NCBI RefSeq assembly: GCF_046119375.1
Contig: NW_027362767.1
Coordinates: 389,174,001-389,238,000, forward strand
DNA from: Phyllobates terribilis
Taxonomy: Eukaryota
Length of the DNA stretch: 64,000 nt
Direction: 5' to 3'
The translations under genes and the position numbers were made by a program. Under the pieces are notes generated by a model, which was not told the DNA's origin, did no database searches, and was given only the letters and a program-made list of their open reading frames with translations. This document shows, in pieces, positions 61,333 through 64,000 of the stretch; position 1 is the stretch's first letter, and each line of letters starts with the position of its first letter.

Positions 61333-64000
61333 ATACTTTACTAGAAATTCATGGTGGTCATGTCTAATATTGGCGTGACCCCATGAATTTCGGGCTTAGG
61401 GCCAGCTGATAATGCCAAGCTGGCCTTAACCCCTTTATTACCCAGTGAGCCACCGCACCAGGGCCCTGGATGAGTTGGGTACAGCGCCAGAAGATGGCGC
61501 TTCTATGAACGCGCCATTTTCCGGGGTGGCTGCGGACTGCAATTTGCAGCGGGTGGGGCCCAGAAAGCTTGGGCCTCCCTGCGCTGCGGATTCCAGCCCC
61601 CAGCTGCCTAGTTGTACCTGGCTGGACACAAAAATAGGGCGAAGCCCCACGTATTTTTTTTTTAAATTATTTCAGGAAATTCATGAAATAATTAAGAAAA
61701 AAAGGGCTTCCCTATATTGTTGTGTCCAACCAGGTACAAATAGGCAGCTGGTGGTTGGGGGCAGCCCGTTCCTGCCTGCTGTACCTGGCTGGACACAAAT
61801 ATAGTGCGAAGCTCCACGTCAATTTTTTTTTAATTATTTCATGTAATAATTTTTTAAAAAAAGGGCTTCCCTATATTGTTTTGTCCGGCCAGGTACAAAT
61901 AGGCAGCTGGTGGTTGGGCGCAGCCCGTTCCTGCCTGCTGTACCTGGCTGGACACAAATATAGGGCGAAGCCCCACATCAATTTTTTTTTAATTATTTCA
62001 TGAATTTCCTGAAATAATTAAAAAAAAATTGACGTGGGGCTTCGCACTATATTTGTGTCCAGCCAGGTACAGCAGGCAGGAACGGGCTGCGCCCAACTAC
62101 CAGCTGCCTATTTGTACCTGGCCGGACACAACAATATAGGTAAGCCCTTTTTTTCTTTATTATTTCATGAATTTAATGAAATAATTAAAAAAAAAATACG
62201 TGGGGCTTCTCCCTATTTGTGTGTCCAGCCAGGTACAACTAGGCAGCTGGGGGATGGAATCTGCAGCGCAGGGAGGCCCAAGCTTTCTGCCCCCCCCCCA
62301 GGTGCAAATTGCAATCCGCAGCCACCCCGGAAAATGGCGCGTTCATAGAAGCTGGATGCTGTACCTGGCTGGCATACAAAAATATGGCAAAGCCCACGTC
62401 AAAATTTTTGGGAAAAATTAATTAAAAAATAAATAATAATTTAGGGACTGCTTCTTTATTAACTCCTCAAATGTTATTTAGTGTTAAAATAAAGGAGTTA
62501 TTTAAAAAAAAATTGGCGTGGGATCCCCCATAATTTTAGGCTCTAGCGGAGGTTAAGCAGACGGCTGGGGCAGATGTTTGAAGCCTGGGAAGTGGGTAAT
62601 ACCCACAGAGCTTCCCAGACTACTAATATCAGCCCCCAGCTGAATACCTAGCCTTTACTAGCTATTAAAATGGGGGACCCCCCCCAAAAAATGATGTGGG
62701 GTAGCCCCTATTTAATAGCTAGCAAAGGCTAGGCAGACAGCTGGGGGCTGATATTAATAGCCCAGGAAGGGTGCCATGAATTTTGGCCCCCTCCCAGGCT
62801 AGAAACACCAGCCGTCAACCGCCCCAGAAATGGCGCATCCATAGGATGCGCCAATTCTGGCGCTTAGCCTCGCTCTTCCACGCTGCCCTGGTGCGGTGAC
62901 AGGGGGTAATAGGGTTGGGGTTCATGTCAGCGCCAGCTGCCATGAAGCCCAGGTTAGTAATGATGGGCGTCTATAAGACACCCCCATTACTAACCTACAA
63001 AGTGTTAAAAAGAAAAAACACACTACACCCAGAAAAAAAATAATTTATTTGAAATAAAACACACAATTTTATTTAATTCTTAGTTTACTAAAAAAAAATA
63101 GTTACCTGTCCACGTTCCTGCGCTGATCTCCCATGCACAGCTGTCACATCTGGAGATGGTGACAGCTGTGCATGGCTGCTGTAAGCTCACGCTGCCGGGA
63201 ACACGTCCGCTCCCGGCAGCGGGAGCCACTGACTGAGGTCACCGGAGTGCATTCAGGCAGCGCAGCTCCGGAGACCTCCTTTACGGCACTGCTGTACCGT
63301 GGGAATTTCTCACGATACAGCAGGGCCGTAAAGGAGCTAACCGGAGGAGCGCTGCCTGAACTCCGGCGAACCCGCTTATGCAATGACGGGGCTGCTTTAC
63401 GGCCCCATCATTCTAGCGGCGGCAGCGGTTCAGAGTGGTCACATTCTATGTGGCTGCTCTAAACTGGAGATCTTCGTGGGACACTCGTGGACTACTACGG
63501 AGGGGTAAGGATATGGTTGTGGTTTATTATTTTATATTTTATTACAGGAGATCGATGGCTTCAGGGAATTAGGTGTCTAGGTGAGTATAGGTGTAGTTTT
63601 TTATTTTTTACTTTATTTTAGGTGGCGATCGGCGGGGACAGGTAATGTATAAACTAATTTATTGTAGGCAACCACTGGCCACCAATGACATGTATTTAAA
63701 ATTTATTGGGGACACAGTAGGGCAATTTAAATAGCAGGATCAGGCTGATGGGAACTACTGCTCCCATCAAGCTGATCCTGCTGGCACGAGTGGACCGGGG
63801 ACAGACATAGGCCGATGGGAGTAGTAGTGTCACATCGGCCTATGTCTGCCTGCACACACACACCCGCAGACATCGCACAGACACCGCACACACCCGCAGA
63901 CATCGCACAGACACCGCACACACTCGCAGACATCGCACAGACACCGCGCACACCCGCAGACATCGCAGACATCGCACAGACACCGCACACACCCGCAGAC

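Larger units (their letters stand above)
59117..64000 (-). mobile_element. hAT family A, copy 2, inverted and running off the window end
   Basis: Starts with the reverse complement of the A1 right end (TAGTGTTGAGCGATACCTTCC), then follows the A1 modules in reverse order. The candidate TSD half is GTTAAGGA (59109-59116). Confidence 0.93.

Overview
Eukaryotic, repeat-saturated vertebrate DNA. It is probably from an anuran (frog) genome; this is my recollection from the repeat types, not verified. No intact host protein-coding gene, rRNA, tRNA or CRISPR array is recognisable. Positions 1-23.8 kb are a 52-bp two-subtype satellite carrying a 7123-bp (137-monomer) higher-order duplication. The array runs into a decayed hAT transposase relic. 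The rest is a stack of transposons. (i) An 8.1-kb non-coding hAT element (25679-33796, 8-bp TSD) built from kb-scale palindromes, hairpins, mini splice cassettes and a 200-bp array; a second, structurally different inverted copy starts at 59117. (ii) A 5.15-kb hAT element (45033-50184, 8-bp TSD) with the same termini but unrelated tandem-array cargo. (iii) A 5'-inverted L1 insertion with a 15-bp TSD. (iv) A full-length Tc1 element with one nonsense codon, inserted into a CR1 RT fragment. (v) Two inverted-repeat MITEs, one with a clear TTAA target site. (vi) A long hAT transposase pseudogene (BED finger, DD, CxxH, RW motifs) interrupted by a 2.1-kb solo LTR and by two further nested hAT elements. 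Most supplied ORFs are by-products of repeats.
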